From Octopus vulgaris (lineage: Eukaryota), in assembly GCA_951406725.2 (NCBI GenBank), contig OX597820.1, positions 37,138,001 through 37,202,000 on the forward strand: a stretch of 64,000 bases of DNA, given 5' to 3'. A program made the translations under genes and the position numbers. Below the pieces are notes generated by a model. The model saw only the letters and a list, made by a program, of their open reading frames with translations, did no database searches and was not told the origin of the DNA. This document shows, one piece after another, positions 10,645-23,207 of this stretch; the stretch's first letter is position 1, and every line of letters begins with the position of its first letter.

Positions 10645-11500
10645 ATGGCCTCTGGCTTAAAATCTGAAACAGAAGGGTTTATCATAGCAGCTCAAGATCA
10701 ATGCCTACCAACAAGAAACTACCAGGCCAACATATTAAAGAACGGCAGTAGCCCAACATGTCGTGTATGTCGACAACAAAATGAAACCATTGATCATGTT
10801 GTCTCCAAGTGCAGTCTTCTAGCGCCTATAGAGTACCTCAACAAGCATGATAGAGCTGCATGATATATTCACTGGGTAATTTGCAAAAACCTGGATTTGC
10901 CCCAGGAAAAAAACTGGTGGGAACACAATCCACCTCCATTGCTTGAAAATGACCACATCTCACTCCTCTGGAACTTCACCATTCAAACTGACAGAAAGAT
11001 AGATGCAAACAGGCCAGACATCATATTGAAAGATTTCAGACAAAGAACATGTCTCCTCATTGATATGACTGTCCCAATCGATATAAACGTATCTGTCAAG
11101 ACCTACCAGAAACTGAGCAAATATAAAGATCTTGAAATAGAAATCAGCAAAATGTGGAACCTGAAGACTAAAACAATACCTGTTGTCATAGGTGCCCTGG
11201 GAATGACAGCGAAAGGGGCTGGTTACTACCTAACTAAGATACCAGGAAACCCCAAAATGACAGAAATTCAAAAGATAGTGCTCATGGGAACTGCTCATAT
11301 CCTACGCAAAATACTCTCTATGTAATCTAAAGGTTTAAAACAAACTTTTTTAAAAATTTATTTATTAGACATTCACTAGTACAACACCAAAAAAACCCCA
11401 AATATATGGCACACTAGGCATAACAACAACGTGAACTTCCAACCTGTTGTCTCTTGAGGTCTCTGGGTGAGACTTGGAGCCAACTTGTACAAACATAGAA
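10645..11500 (+). mobile_element. 5'-truncated R4/Dong-like non-LTR retrotransposon (CCHC knuckle, restriction-like endonuclease, 3' UTR)
   Basis: LKSETEGFIIAAQDQ, CRVC...ETIDHVVSKC, NRPDII...LIDMTVP...KYKDL...IPVVIGALG. ORFs 10645-10863 and 10897-11325 are in the same frame, split by one TGA. Flanked by (TAA)n-type tracts. Confidence 0.85.
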
Positions 11501-12049
11501 TAATAATGATAATAATAGTAATTTGCAAGAAAATGAGGAGTGTGGCATGGGAGGAAGTCCCTCTACGATGTCGAAAACATGTGAATCCGAATTTTTTTTT
11601 TTTAATTACTGGTTCATAAGTGATAGGGTGGGGCCTGGTCCGATGAAGTACCCATAATAGCTCTTTTTACAACGCTAGCCGTGCCATAATTTTCCATCAG
11701 TAACGTCACCAGGTGTAGTAAGGTCACATGATGAATTACAATTTTCACAGGTGTACATATTTATAATTAGTCGACCCCGTGCCAACCACGGATAAATGTT
11801 GTCTCCGACATTTCCTAATTGAGTGATAGTCCACGATTCCTCTAAGATTGATTTTTTAAAAATTCTTTTACTACTTATCTCCCCTTCAATTTTTATTTAC
11901 TTTTTTAATCAAACCAAACTGAACAATTACCTAGTTTACTATCTTTAGTATTTAGTACTGGTCTTTCATCCAATACATTACTCTTTTATCAACGAGAATT
12001 ATTGGCCTTCCATGTCTCGTACAGTTTACCTCTCCTAAATAAATCGTAA

Positions 12050-12600
12050 AATGCTCTCCAATGATTAGAGGCGAGATTTTTCAATACGAACAATGCCACT
12101 TCCGGTATATCGCCCTCTTTGAATCTATAAACCTTTTAGATATATTATTCCCTCGTTGAACATATTTACACTGTTAGTAATATCTAATTAACTCTAATTG
12201 AATTGAGGAATTGTACATTAACCAGAAGACGACAATAGAGATATCCTGTAAGAAGTTGTTGAAAGTTCTCATCAATCTGTCCTCCTTAATATTCAAGCCT
12301 CACTACTTCAGTCCATCTCTCATTATTTCATTGTTATGCAAGTATTATTTATATGGATTTCGCTTATTTCTTGTATACAAAATTTCTCTTTTATATTAAT
12401 TTTTAATACTGCACCATTTCTACTCCCTAAACAATCATATTTTTCTATTCTCTTTTCGTATTTACGCTTCTTCGACCTCCCTTCATTAAAAATTTGGAGT
12501 CAATCTAGTTTTCAGGAAATATCCTAATTTTTTTCACCCACTCCTCCTTTATCATTTCGATACATATTATTTACTCTTGCTTCTTATTAGTGTTGCCCTT
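12050..12600 (+). promoter_or_regulatory. Conserved upstream block, copy 2 (putative exon-1 end; GC donor at 12071 or GT donor at 12105)
   Basis: CTCTCCAATGATTAGAG|GCGAGA, CACTTCCG|GTATAT, and CATTAACCAGAAGAC at 12216. Confidence 0.65.
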
Positions 12601-13707
12601 TAGAAAATATAGCCTTGCGTCATGCAGAGTTTATTATGGAATAAATAGCAACTTTAAATAAACTCAGTCACGTGCAACTACGCCAAATATATATTCCACA
12701 ATATGAAGATGCCTTGCAATATACAGTATTTATAGACAATGGTTTCGCACTTTGTTATAAAACTAATATCTTCATAGTATACTTTTTCTATATGTTTGAT
12801 TCTGTTAATGCATTTGTTGTTCTGCGTCTCTATCGCAAGTGCTTCTTATACAAGGCGAGTCACTACCGCTAACTGGGTACCGTTACTACTTTGCCACCTC
12901 CTCCCCTTATCAAATAGTTCAAGTTGAGACATGATTTGGTCTGCGTTAGCCAAAGTTTCAGTCTCGTTTCTAACAGTGTTTGCAGCTGGTATCACAAAGT
13001 TTGTCTTTTGTGGTATTGAATCGTTATTCTTTTTATGACACTTCTACAAATATGTGGAATAGGACATAGTCCTTGTGGTTAGTATCTGCTTTATAAGCAG
13101 CACAATGCATACATTTCCACTTGGTTTTAGTACAACTACAGTAGGGGATACCAAGTAGCTACCACAACATATATCATATTCAATAACTTTTCCTAATTTA
13201 AAAACCAAGGTTTGAGCCGAATGAAGCACTCTACTTTGTATTTGTTATAGTGTAGATGTGTTTCTTTGGTTTCAGGTTCAGTCTCACCGTGTCTTCTATA
13301 GTCCCAGGCTGACCAAAGCCTTGTGAGTGGATTTTGTTGAGAGAAACTAAAAAAAGTTCTTCGAGTGTGTGTTAGTGCCACCGTCATACTAGTGGTGCCC
13401 TTTGTTTCCAATCTTCCATGAAAACATGTCAGGCCACGAAGAAATATTGACTTGTGTGGAAACAGGTGAGGGTTTTTACAGAAAGAGCATTTGCCTCAAC
13501 AAATTCCATCTGACTTGTGCATGCTTAGAATAGTTGATGATGTTCTACAGAATGTGAGTTATCTGCAAGTACTGTCTTATTTTGAATGTGCATACCCATC
13601 ATCCTCATTATCCATTTCCTCAACATCTTTCTCTCTAAATATATTCCATTTTTGTCTGTTCTAACACTTCATTGTCCTTTACGTCATATATTATCTTTCT
13701 GTTTCAG

Positions 13708-14130
13708 GTTATTATCAAATGACATTAAATTGAAGATATTTCATTGAACAGCATTAACATATTTATAAACTTTTTGAAGTTTAAAAATAACTTCAAGCTG
13801 ATATCAGCCTGTTTCTACAATTCTTTGGATGAATGGATGTGAAATATTTCCCTGCAATTGAGATTATTTTCAAAAATTCCCAAAGAAATTCTTAAACTGG
13901 AAAATGTGTACAAATTAAACTAGGGAGATTTACCTCAAAGTTTTAATTGTCCTATGTGTAATGACTTTAATAACTGGGTATCTCATTAAATTTATATAGA
14001 TTAACAATCCTGTAGTTATTACTATATTATATCAGAAGATATAGTTATATCTTCAAGTTATTTCATAACAGCCAAGATATCATCTTTAATAAAGCCTGTC
14101 AACGTGCAAAATATAGATTAAAACAAAGTT
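13708..14130 (+). other. Putative 5' leader part of the coding exon of ZNF gene 2 (uORF MTLN* at 13719-13733)
   Basis: CTAAC branch-like motif ~45 nt upstream of TTTCAG|G at 13707/13708. Homology to paralog leaders. Confidence 0.65.
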
Positions 14131-15132
14131 ATGGATGACAAAATACAAGCTGAAGTTATTGATTCATCTTCTCAGATACAGGAAAATACAGAAGAGAAAT
14201 CTCACCCTAGTGATGTATGTGGGAAGATATTGTCACCAAAAAAGATTTTAATTCAACATAAATTAACTCACTCATCCTCCAAGCCATACCAGTGTGGAAT
14301 TTGTGGTAAACAATTCTCCAACAACAATTTGTTAACTCACCACAAACATGTTCACACAAGAGAAAAACTATATCAGTGTTATATCTGTGATGCAACATTT
14401 TCTACAAAGGGTCTCTTGTGTTCTCATTCATGTATACAAAAAGGAGAACGACCACACCGTTGTGACATCTGTGGCAAAACATATTCTAGAAGTGGACAAT
14501 TGTCTTCCCATAAATATATCCACACAGGAGAAAGACGACACCATTGTGAAATCTGTGGTGAAACATTTTCTAGAAGTGCTAATTTGTCTAACCATAAACT
14601 AATTCATACAGGAGAAAGACCATACCAGTGTCATATTTGTGGGAAAAAGTTTGCTAGAAATGCTGATTTGTCTTGCCACAAACATATTCACACAGGAGAA
14701 AGACCATACCACTGTGATATCTGTGGTACAACATTTGCTCAGAGTAGTAGTTTATCTAAACACAAACGTATTCACACTGGAGAGAGACCATACCAGTGTG
14801 ATGTCTGTGATAAAAAATTTAATACAAGTGGTCACTTGTCTACCCACAAACGTACTCACACTGGAGAAAAACCATTCCGCTGTGATATTTGTGGTAAAAC
14901 ATTCACTCGAAGTAGTTCCTTATCTCAACACAAACCTATTCACACAGGAGAGAGACCATACCATTGTGACATTTGTGGTAAAACATTTTCTACAACTCGG
15001 AATTTAACTCGACACAAACGGATTCACATTGGAAAGAAACCATACCACTGTGATATCTGTGATGAAGCATTTTCTACAATGGTTCGTTTGTCTTCCCACA
15101 TACGAATTCACACAGGAGAACAACCATCATAG
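14131..15132 (+). CDS. C2H2 zinc-finger protein (gene 2), 333 aa, 11 finger units (9 canonical)
   Basis: Tandem C2H2 motifs with TGE(K/R)P linkers. F1 lacks the first Cys and F3 lacks the last His. Confidence 0.95.
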   Translation: MDDKIQAEVIDSSSQIQENTEEKSHPSDVCGKILSPKKILIQHKLTHSSSKPYQCGICGKQFSNNNLLTHHKHVHTREKLYQCYICDATFSTKGLLCSHSCIQKGERPHRCDICGKTYSRSGQLSSHKYIHTGERRHHCEICGETFSRSANLSNHKLIHTGERPYQCHICGKKFARNADLSCHKHIHTGERPYHCDICGTTFAQSSSLSKHKRIHTGERPYQCDVCDKKFNTSGHLSTHKRTHTGEKPFRCDICGKTFTRSSSLSQHKPIHTGERPYHCDICGKTFSTTRNLTRHKRIHIGKKPYHCDICDEAFSTMVRLSSHIRIHTGEQPS

Positions 15133-17135
15133 CACTATTTGTCGTAAAATATTCTCTCAAAAATATTTATTCTTCTTGGTATAAATTCACACTGGATAAT
15201 GGTTAACTACTATAGTATCATATGAAATATTTTCATGAAGTCATTATTTAATTTAATACAAACATATCCATATGGGAGATAAACTACAGCTCTTTGCTAT
15301 CAAGAGTAAAAATATTTTCTACAAGTAACATTTTATAATCATCATCATCGTTTAATGTCCACCTTTCATACTGCCATGGGTGGGAATAATAAATGAATTT
15401 TATGTACATCATGTTATGGATTTTAATACAGCAAAGTTACCACCACCATCATCATCATTAGTGTTTTTATTACTATTTTTCAAAGTTTGTCAAAATATTT
15501 TTTTGCAAATATTTTGACATATGTTATGGATTGAGCATAAAATATCCCATTATATTAAAAATGATAAAGACCAATGTATTTTTAGTGTTTACCATCATGG
15601 AATGTGAATAGTTTAAATGCATAAGAGATGGCTTACAGTGTTAAAAATAATAATAATCGGAAGCATGTGACAGACCAAGAGATATATGGATAGACGACGT
15701 CAAGGAGTGAATAAGTTACACTATAATGTCAGTGTAAGATTGGTGTGAGAGGGAATGGAATGGTTATCTGTTTTTGTTCTGCCATAACTGCCTGACATCC
15801 AACAATCAGATGAAGTATAAGGATAACAAACACCATATAATATTAATGTAGTTATTGAGTTACATTGGAGTCAGCTATGTCATAGAAGCAGTTGGTGAAC
15901 TTGTGCAAACCACATCTCAGGATGTATGGAGTTCATTCTCCTTACCATCAAATACAGTGGCACTGTTAATATGTTCTTATGGATTCAAGACTGTAGTTGG
16001 TGTATGGCTGTGTATGAAGAACTATGGACAGTAGGTCATTGTGATGACATCTGTAGATGTTATGTATACATTATAAAGAGGTGACGTAAATTGTACATGT
16101 GCAGGTTGAAAACTAACTAATGAGACTGAAAACTCAAGTACTTCAAGATAACATAACTGTTTATTTCATTAAATAAATGTGATATCAGAATATTTATAGT
16201 TACCTGTAATAAAGTATCAAATGAAGATATATGCAATTATAACATAATCAAAGCCCTTTCAGTATAATGAACATTTCTACTGCGTGTTGGCTTGATAATC
16301 ATGTCACTGGTTTGTAGTAAAGTAGAGGTAGTATAACATAGACATTACATTAGGAGAAAACCTACCTCTAACTTGTTAAAATGATGTCAATAAATTCATT
16401 ATAATTAATTATGAGGTAACTCTTTCTTGATTTATTATTCCTGTAGATGGTATTGTAATTGCTTTCAGTTAACAATTTATCCAGTATCAGCATTCACATT
16501 GCTGAAAAACCTATCAGTATTACAGAAATTACTGCCAAATTTATAGTTATCTTCTTGATCCTATTTTGTTGTAAGACAGTTTATATAACTTATGTTGTTG
16601 GTTTTACCTGTTACTTATTACATACCTGTATAGTTGCTTAGTTTTATTACACAGTAATCTTTAATTGTTAACATACTTGAGATGTTTATTGTTACATACA
16701 TTCAGTACCAGCATAAAGTCAGTGAAGACTCTGAAATTAAAATCATTGATAAAAGTTGGGTATATATGTAGTGTTTGTTTGTATATTTATGTTTCTTCCT
16801 ATATATTTTCTGATGTTGATCTTGCTTCTTTTTGTTATTAACACAAATTATTTGAACTAGAATATCAACGTTCAAAATTAATATTTTATCACAGGATCTG
16901 ATAATAGATCCAGTTGTGTTCTAGAACATTTCTAAAGTAATCATGAAGAAATTATGTGTGAATGGTTACCATTAACATATTTGAACTTAACATGAAGAAG
17001 GCAAGAAGAATGATTAACTTTTTGTATAGTCACCTAATATGAATGGATAATGTCTACTTGGTAATGTGTAGGACAAATTGAAGTAATCCACCATCATCCT
17101 TGAATGTATGGAGATTGGTAGTTACTGCTTGATAC

Positions 17136-17318
17136 TCTTACTCTTTTACTTGTTTCAGTCATTTGACTGCAGCCATGCTGGAGCACCACCCTTAGTCGAG
17201 CAAATCGACCTAGTACTTATTCCATTGGTCTCTTGCCGAATCGCTAAGTTACGGGGACACAGATACCAGCATTGGTTGTCAAGCGATGTTGGGGGGACAA
17301 ATGCAGACACAAACATAT

Positions 17319-17350
<32 letters not shown>

Positions 17351-17664
17351 TGCGTTTAAATTCTGCTGAGGTTTGCTTTGCCTTTCATCCTTTTGGGGTC
17401 AATAAATTAAGTACCAGTTGCATACTGGGGTTGATCTAATCAATTGGCCCCATCCCCCCAAAATTTCAGGCCTTGTGCCTAGAGTAGAAAATATATATAT
17501 ACACACACACATATATACGACAGGATTCTTTCAGTTTCCATCTACCAAATCCACTCACAAGGTTTTAGTAGAAGACACTTGCCCAAGTTGCCATGCCATG
17601 GGACTGAACCTAGAACTATTTGGTTGGTAAGCAAGCTACTTACCACACAGCCACTCCTGTGCCT
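17136..17664 (-). mobile_element. SINE family A with a family-B SINE fragment nested in its internal (TA)n (~17352-17490)
   Basis: Reverse complement of the 53291 copy at both ends. The family-B central domain interrupts it. Confidence 0.8.
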
Positions 17665-17724
17665 ATTGATATATAAAAGGTGAGATGAGAAGCAGGAGAT
17701 ACAGCTAGTTGTAGGCAAGAAAAA

Positions 17725-18835
17725 TTTCAGAGGGGGTAATTTGATCAGAACTAAGGAAGCTGCTAGCTGATAAACAAGATGATGCAGTGAAAAATGATGC
17801 ATTACAGACAACTTGAAACAGCAATGATTCACTCAATTTAAACTATTTCTACCATGACAACTACATCAATTACATTGGCAACAGCTGGATCAAACTCCTC
17901 AGTAACTGTTTTTTATCTATCCCAAGTACAAGTGTAAAGTTATACGTACTTTTGCCTTTGTAATTCATTTACACAAAAGCAGTTGAACAATTATATCATT
18001 TATCAACATAGTCTGTTTGATTTTCATTGCTCTTCTTTCAGTGGTCCAGAAGCTTATTTATTCCATTGGAGATTTTCAGCTGGTCGTGCAGCCATTTATG
18101 CACTTCTTCCTTTACTTCTTTGTCTAGCAGATCAACAACCTTGTAATGGATGTTTGAGCAGTCCAGAAAAGTAATAGTTGAAAGTGGGTGAGACCAGGAC
18201 TATGCAGGGTGTTCCACTGTGTGGCGTGCATTATCATGCAACAATAACACTTGCTTTGACAATAGACCTTGGCATGTTTTGAAATACTGGTTTCAGTTTG
18301 TTGGCCAGTATTTTGTTGTTGCCTACACTGATGACTATATACCCCCCTTTTCCAAGTATGTTCTAGTATCCCTTTTGCATCCCAAAAAGTGACTACCATC
18401 ACTTTTTCTGTGAATGGTTGAATCTTGAATTTCTTTCTCACTAGCAATTTCTGGTTGTTTCCACTTCATACTTTGCTCTCTGGATTCTAGCTCAAAATAA
18501 TGGATCCATTAAACTTCTTGATCCAGTTGTATACACTTCTATGCAGTAGAGCACTATCCCCGCATTGTTCTGAAAGCCTGCAATGAATTTCAGCCCGACA
18601 CACCTTCAGACTAGAGAAATCAGATCACTGATCTATTCCTCCTTAGTGCATACTGCGAGTGGAGCAACCATGTTTACTCTGTAATACAAGAAAGAAACTG
18701 GAGTGATCAAGGTCAAACCTTGGGTATATGTAACCACAAGAATTCGATATTTTAGAATGTGAGTACCAAAGACTGTGGCTAATCCAAATACGGTTTTGGC
18801 AAAAGTGCAGATAAATTTTTTTACTTCCCCTCATA
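17725..18835 (-). mobile_element. Decayed mariner (DD34D-type) transposon
   Basis: Minus-strand KKFKIQPFTEKVMVVTFWDAKGIL matches the mariner K-V-M-x-x-x-F-W-D motif. Ends resemble TA-YGAGGGG termini. Confidence 0.7.
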
Positions 18836-21339
18836 TTTATATCACATCCACTGGTATTGTTGGCAATGTTGAATCATAAAACGTTACACTAGCTATGAAA
18901 TTAAAGAAAACATTATTAATTCTGTACAAGAAATATGTAGTTATTGCTTCATAAATTTTTATGGTCCATCTTCTATGCTGGCATAGGTTGGACAAGTTGA
19001 TAGGATCCAATGAATCTGAGGATGGTATTGCATTCCAGTGTCTACTTTGGCATAAATTATACAGCTGGATGTCCTTCCTAACACTCGAAGTTAGTTACTA
19101 ACTCAATAGAGTTAGTAACTAAAACTTCAGGTTATAATAATTAGTCGGGTCTCAGTCATCTTCATTGCAGTCATAACCACACACATTCACTGTTTATGTG
19201 TCTATTTTACATCTGTTTTCTGTGCTGATATGGGTTGGATGATTTGACAAGAGCCAATGGGGTGGAGGACCAAATCTTGCTCCAATCTCTCAACTTTTGT
19301 TTGATTTCTACTACTAGATACCCTTTCTTACATGAGCCACTTTACACAGTGAACAGGGTAGCACTAGTGGAGTCACCTTGTAGCTTGCAAGGTGGAAGAG
19401 AGTCTTCATGATGGATGGAACAGATATATTTGTTGAGCGAGGATGGTAATGTTTCGATGATTATTAAAAATTTACACAATACACTTTAGAATATATGATA
19501 CTGTCAAAATATGTCAACTGACGATTTATTCTATATATTGGGTCTGATGTATGACCAATATGAGAGAGAATATACATAGCATTGAATGTATCAAAAGCTG
19601 AATGAAATCCCATTATTCTTAATTTACAATTCTTCAGTTGAGTGATCCAGATGTTTTCTCTCATCATTTTACATCTTATCACTATGTACAGAGGAGTATT
19701 CATAATGTACAAGTGTCAGTGACTAAAATTCTGATTGGATACAACCACTGTTAAATATTGCTGTAATTATACATTGCATAATTACTATTAACCAATATCG
19801 AAATATTTCATGGTGAAAAGAAAATAACCAGTTTCTGACATTTTGGTCTCTCAAAGTCCTGCAATGCATGCATAGTGACAGTTATACAGACTCGACATGT
19901 TGCAAGTCAAACTTGCATATTATGCAACAAAGAATTTATTTTAGTGTTGTTTCCATCATCCTAGCATTCAGTAGAATCCCTTGTGACTGAGCAATCTTAT
20001 ATAAGGAGGGCACTGCTCGTCTAGTTACCAGGAGGTGAATAGAAAAGGTGTTTGGGACACCTTTTCTAATCCCTCCTGCCCCACATGCTGGTCAGTTTAT
20101 CAGGACAACTGTTCACTTCAAAGGAGGGAACTTCTGTAGAAACATATATAAGCATAGGCCATGTCTACGTTTGTTCAAATTCTAATTGGGTCATGGAAAT
20201 ATGAGTGCCATACTACTTTTGTTGTCCCAAAGCTTGACCAATACAAGATCGATATTGCTGCCCTTTTTGAGATTTGATTTTTGAGAAAGCCAGCTAATTG
20301 AAGTAGGTTATGATTACATTTTCTTTTGTGTTGGTAAGCTGAAAGATGCGAAATGTCTGCATGTGTAGGTTTTGCAATTGGGAAGAATCCTAGCTAATAG
20401 GCTAGATGAGTTGCTATCCATTGTGAGTGACTGTATCATTAAACTCCACTTTCCACTGTCTTTTGAGTGTTGTGACTTTCTTCTCTCTGTATGTACCAAC
20501 TATTCACTCAATGAAAGAGATTTTACAATGAAAATCTTAGAAATGCTATCCATTCTGAGTTTGGTGTTTGCTTATAGACAAGTGGGGGACAACTATAGAG
20601 ATTTTTTAGCTGTTTCACCTCATCAACAGAATTCAATTGTCTGAAGATTGCAGATGAATGAATTTGCTTTTACACAAAGAAAAATAGTTACATGTCTTTT
20701 GAACTAAAAATAATTTGCCGAATTGAAATTTAAAGAGTACATATAGTGTTAGCTTCACACTGAAATACAACTATTGTGATCTATGATTTGATTTCTTTCT
20801 TCATTATTTTCCTTTGATGCCGTTCCATCACACCAGTGTCATTTACACCTGACAACTTACATTGATCCATCAACATCACATTTCGCTACACATCTTTTGT
20901 TTTAGATTGTATAAAAAGGCAAGTATTAAGTTTCTCTATAAGACAGTAATCACAATATTTCTATTTATTCTTAAACACAGGAGCCTTATTTTATAGTGTC
21001 CATGTAATGTTGGTGGTTTCTCCTTATTCATCAATTTTAGTTTCAAAGTGTTGTGATGTTCTCTGGGTGTCAGTGACAGAATGACCTATTGGGCTGATGC
21101 AAGTGACTCTTAAAGAAGTGTATTGTAATTCCTATAAAGCAGTAGTTTCCCACACTTTTTTGGACTCCCAGGTCACATCCCTAGCACTACCTCCAACAAG
21201 CAAACATAATCTCTTTCTGATGCAAATTCAAAATAACTGTATTTTGCAAATAAAACTATGTAAATCCATTTATTTTGCTTTTTTATTATATGAAACAGTA
21301 AACTGACATTTCACCTGTAACTACATTGTTTTCATATTT

Positions 21340-22400
21340 TCTATGGGATGGATGTGCTTGAGGCAAGGATATCAGCTTTTCAACATCAGGCTGATAAGTA
21401 CTAAGAAGTAATCTTAGATTCTTGCATTCAATAATTTCTGATTCTGTGCTTAGAAAAAAGTTGGATGACTGCACTGAAGCCTTGCTCTACTAAATATAAT
21501 ATTGAGAAGTACATCTTCACTTTGTTTCATAGTGCAAGAAAGCATCAGGAAGTTTTTTCCTAACAAAAATCTTGATATGATTATTTTTTAACTTTGACCC
21601 CAGCTAAAAGTCATTCTGGAGTAAAACCAGTTCTTCCTCCATTGTTCCCATTTCCTCATTACTGATATTGAGAAATGGATTCAATAGCCAGCCTGGTATT
21701 TTAAGAAAAAAAAATTCTGAAATCTATCAGACATATGGTCATCTTTTGTTATGTGATTTTCCTCCTCCAGAACTCATGACTGTTACATTTGAATAACTGT
21801 AACTTGAACAGAAACATGGAGAGGACTGGTTTTTACCTTGATATGGTTAAACCCATATCCTTGCATTTGCAAATTAACTTCACTGAACATTGTGAATATA
21901 TCTACCATGTAAGCAATATCATGCTTGATATTTCTTAGTTCATCACAGAGAAAAGAATTAGAGTCTTCAAAGTATTCAATAGCTGTTTCAAGAACAGAGT
22001 ATAAATGTCCCGCACAGTTTCCCTTTGGCAGTCATCAAAATTGTGAGAGAACAGATGTTCAAAATCATAATGATTCTCAGTGCAGAGTTGTTGAAACAGT
22101 CAGGAATTGAGAGCATGTACCTTGATTTTATCACTTAGGTTTGTTTGCAACCAGGTGTTGTCTGTGGATTACACAATGCACCGTAAACACACCAGGTACG
22201 ATTTCTCATTAACAACCTACCATCAATGGTGCCCCCATCAGTTACACAAACAAAAACTGCTGGTAAACAGGCTTTCTTTCTCTTTGAAAAAATTTAAACA
22301 ACTTGAAATACTGACTCCTCTTATATATCTGCTTCTAGTTGTTTTGCAAATAAATACACTTCAACAAAGTCAAAAAACAAAAAACTCGGAGGGGTAAGGG
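21340..22400 (-). mobile_element. Decayed hAT (Buster/Charlie-type) transposase, C-terminal half
   Basis: Minus-strand fragments in the expected order: GAPLMVG, TVHCVIHRQ, DIAYMVDIFTMFSEVNLQMQG, VEQGFSAV, NLRLLLSTYQPDVEKLISLPQAHPSH. Confidence 0.85.
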
Positions 22401-22424
22401 ATTAAATGGTGTTGCTGTGATATA

Positions 22425-23199
22425 TACAGGTTGTGATGGGTATATTGTCACCATTTTATATTTCTAATTTTCTGCATGCGCATTGTCTGTCTTTGGTTTT
22501 GTCGACTATACAGTATAGTAGGGTCAGTTGGGCACCATGACACAATTCACTCTGCTAGAAATATGGAAACAACATGCTGTACTGCTTGATATTTGCACTG
22601 GAAGCTCCAATACGAACATTTCAGAGTGTTTGGGCATCAGTCTGAGGATATGTACCAAGAGCGATAAAAATCAAACATCCAGTCGACATCATGGTGCTTG
22701 GAATGATCACTAGTGATGGCAACATTATGCCTCCATTCATCTTCCTACACGGCCTCACACTCAACACACAGGCCTACATCAAGTGTTTGGAGGAAGTAGT
22801 GCTGCCCTGGATCAAGAGGGTGGCTGCTGGAGGACCCTATGTCTAACAACAGGACTCTGCACCAGATCACCCCTAACATCTGGTCACCTAACTCCCCAGA
22901 CTGCAACCCCCTTGATTGTTCTGTGTGGAGCACAGTTGAGTGAGACCAATAAAACTCTTTTAACACCAAAAATTGACTGAAGGCAAGGATTACGGCAGCA
23001 TTCACCAACTTAAACAAGGAGACCGCCCAGAAAAGTTGCAGGAGATTCTGAAGTCGTCAGGAGGCTGTGGTTGAAGCCAATGGCGATTTTATTGACTAAA
23101 TTTACTCTTTAATATTTCAAGATATTTTAATGTAATTTGGGTAAATATATCTCTTTCATTTTCGTATAATTTAAATGACAGTTTAGTCACTGCATCCTA
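22425..23199 (+). mobile_element. Internally deleted Tc1/mariner-superfamily (probably maT-like) element
   Basis: TA-CAGG terminus. Encodes IMVLGMITSDG...YIKCLEEVVLPWI...QQDSAP...WSPNSPDCNPLD with stops and deletions. Confidence 0.8.
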
Positions 23200-23207
23200 C
23201 ACACACA

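Noticed and set aside
10479-10667. ORF with poly-I/M/T runs
   Set aside because: Translation of a trinucleotide microsatellite.
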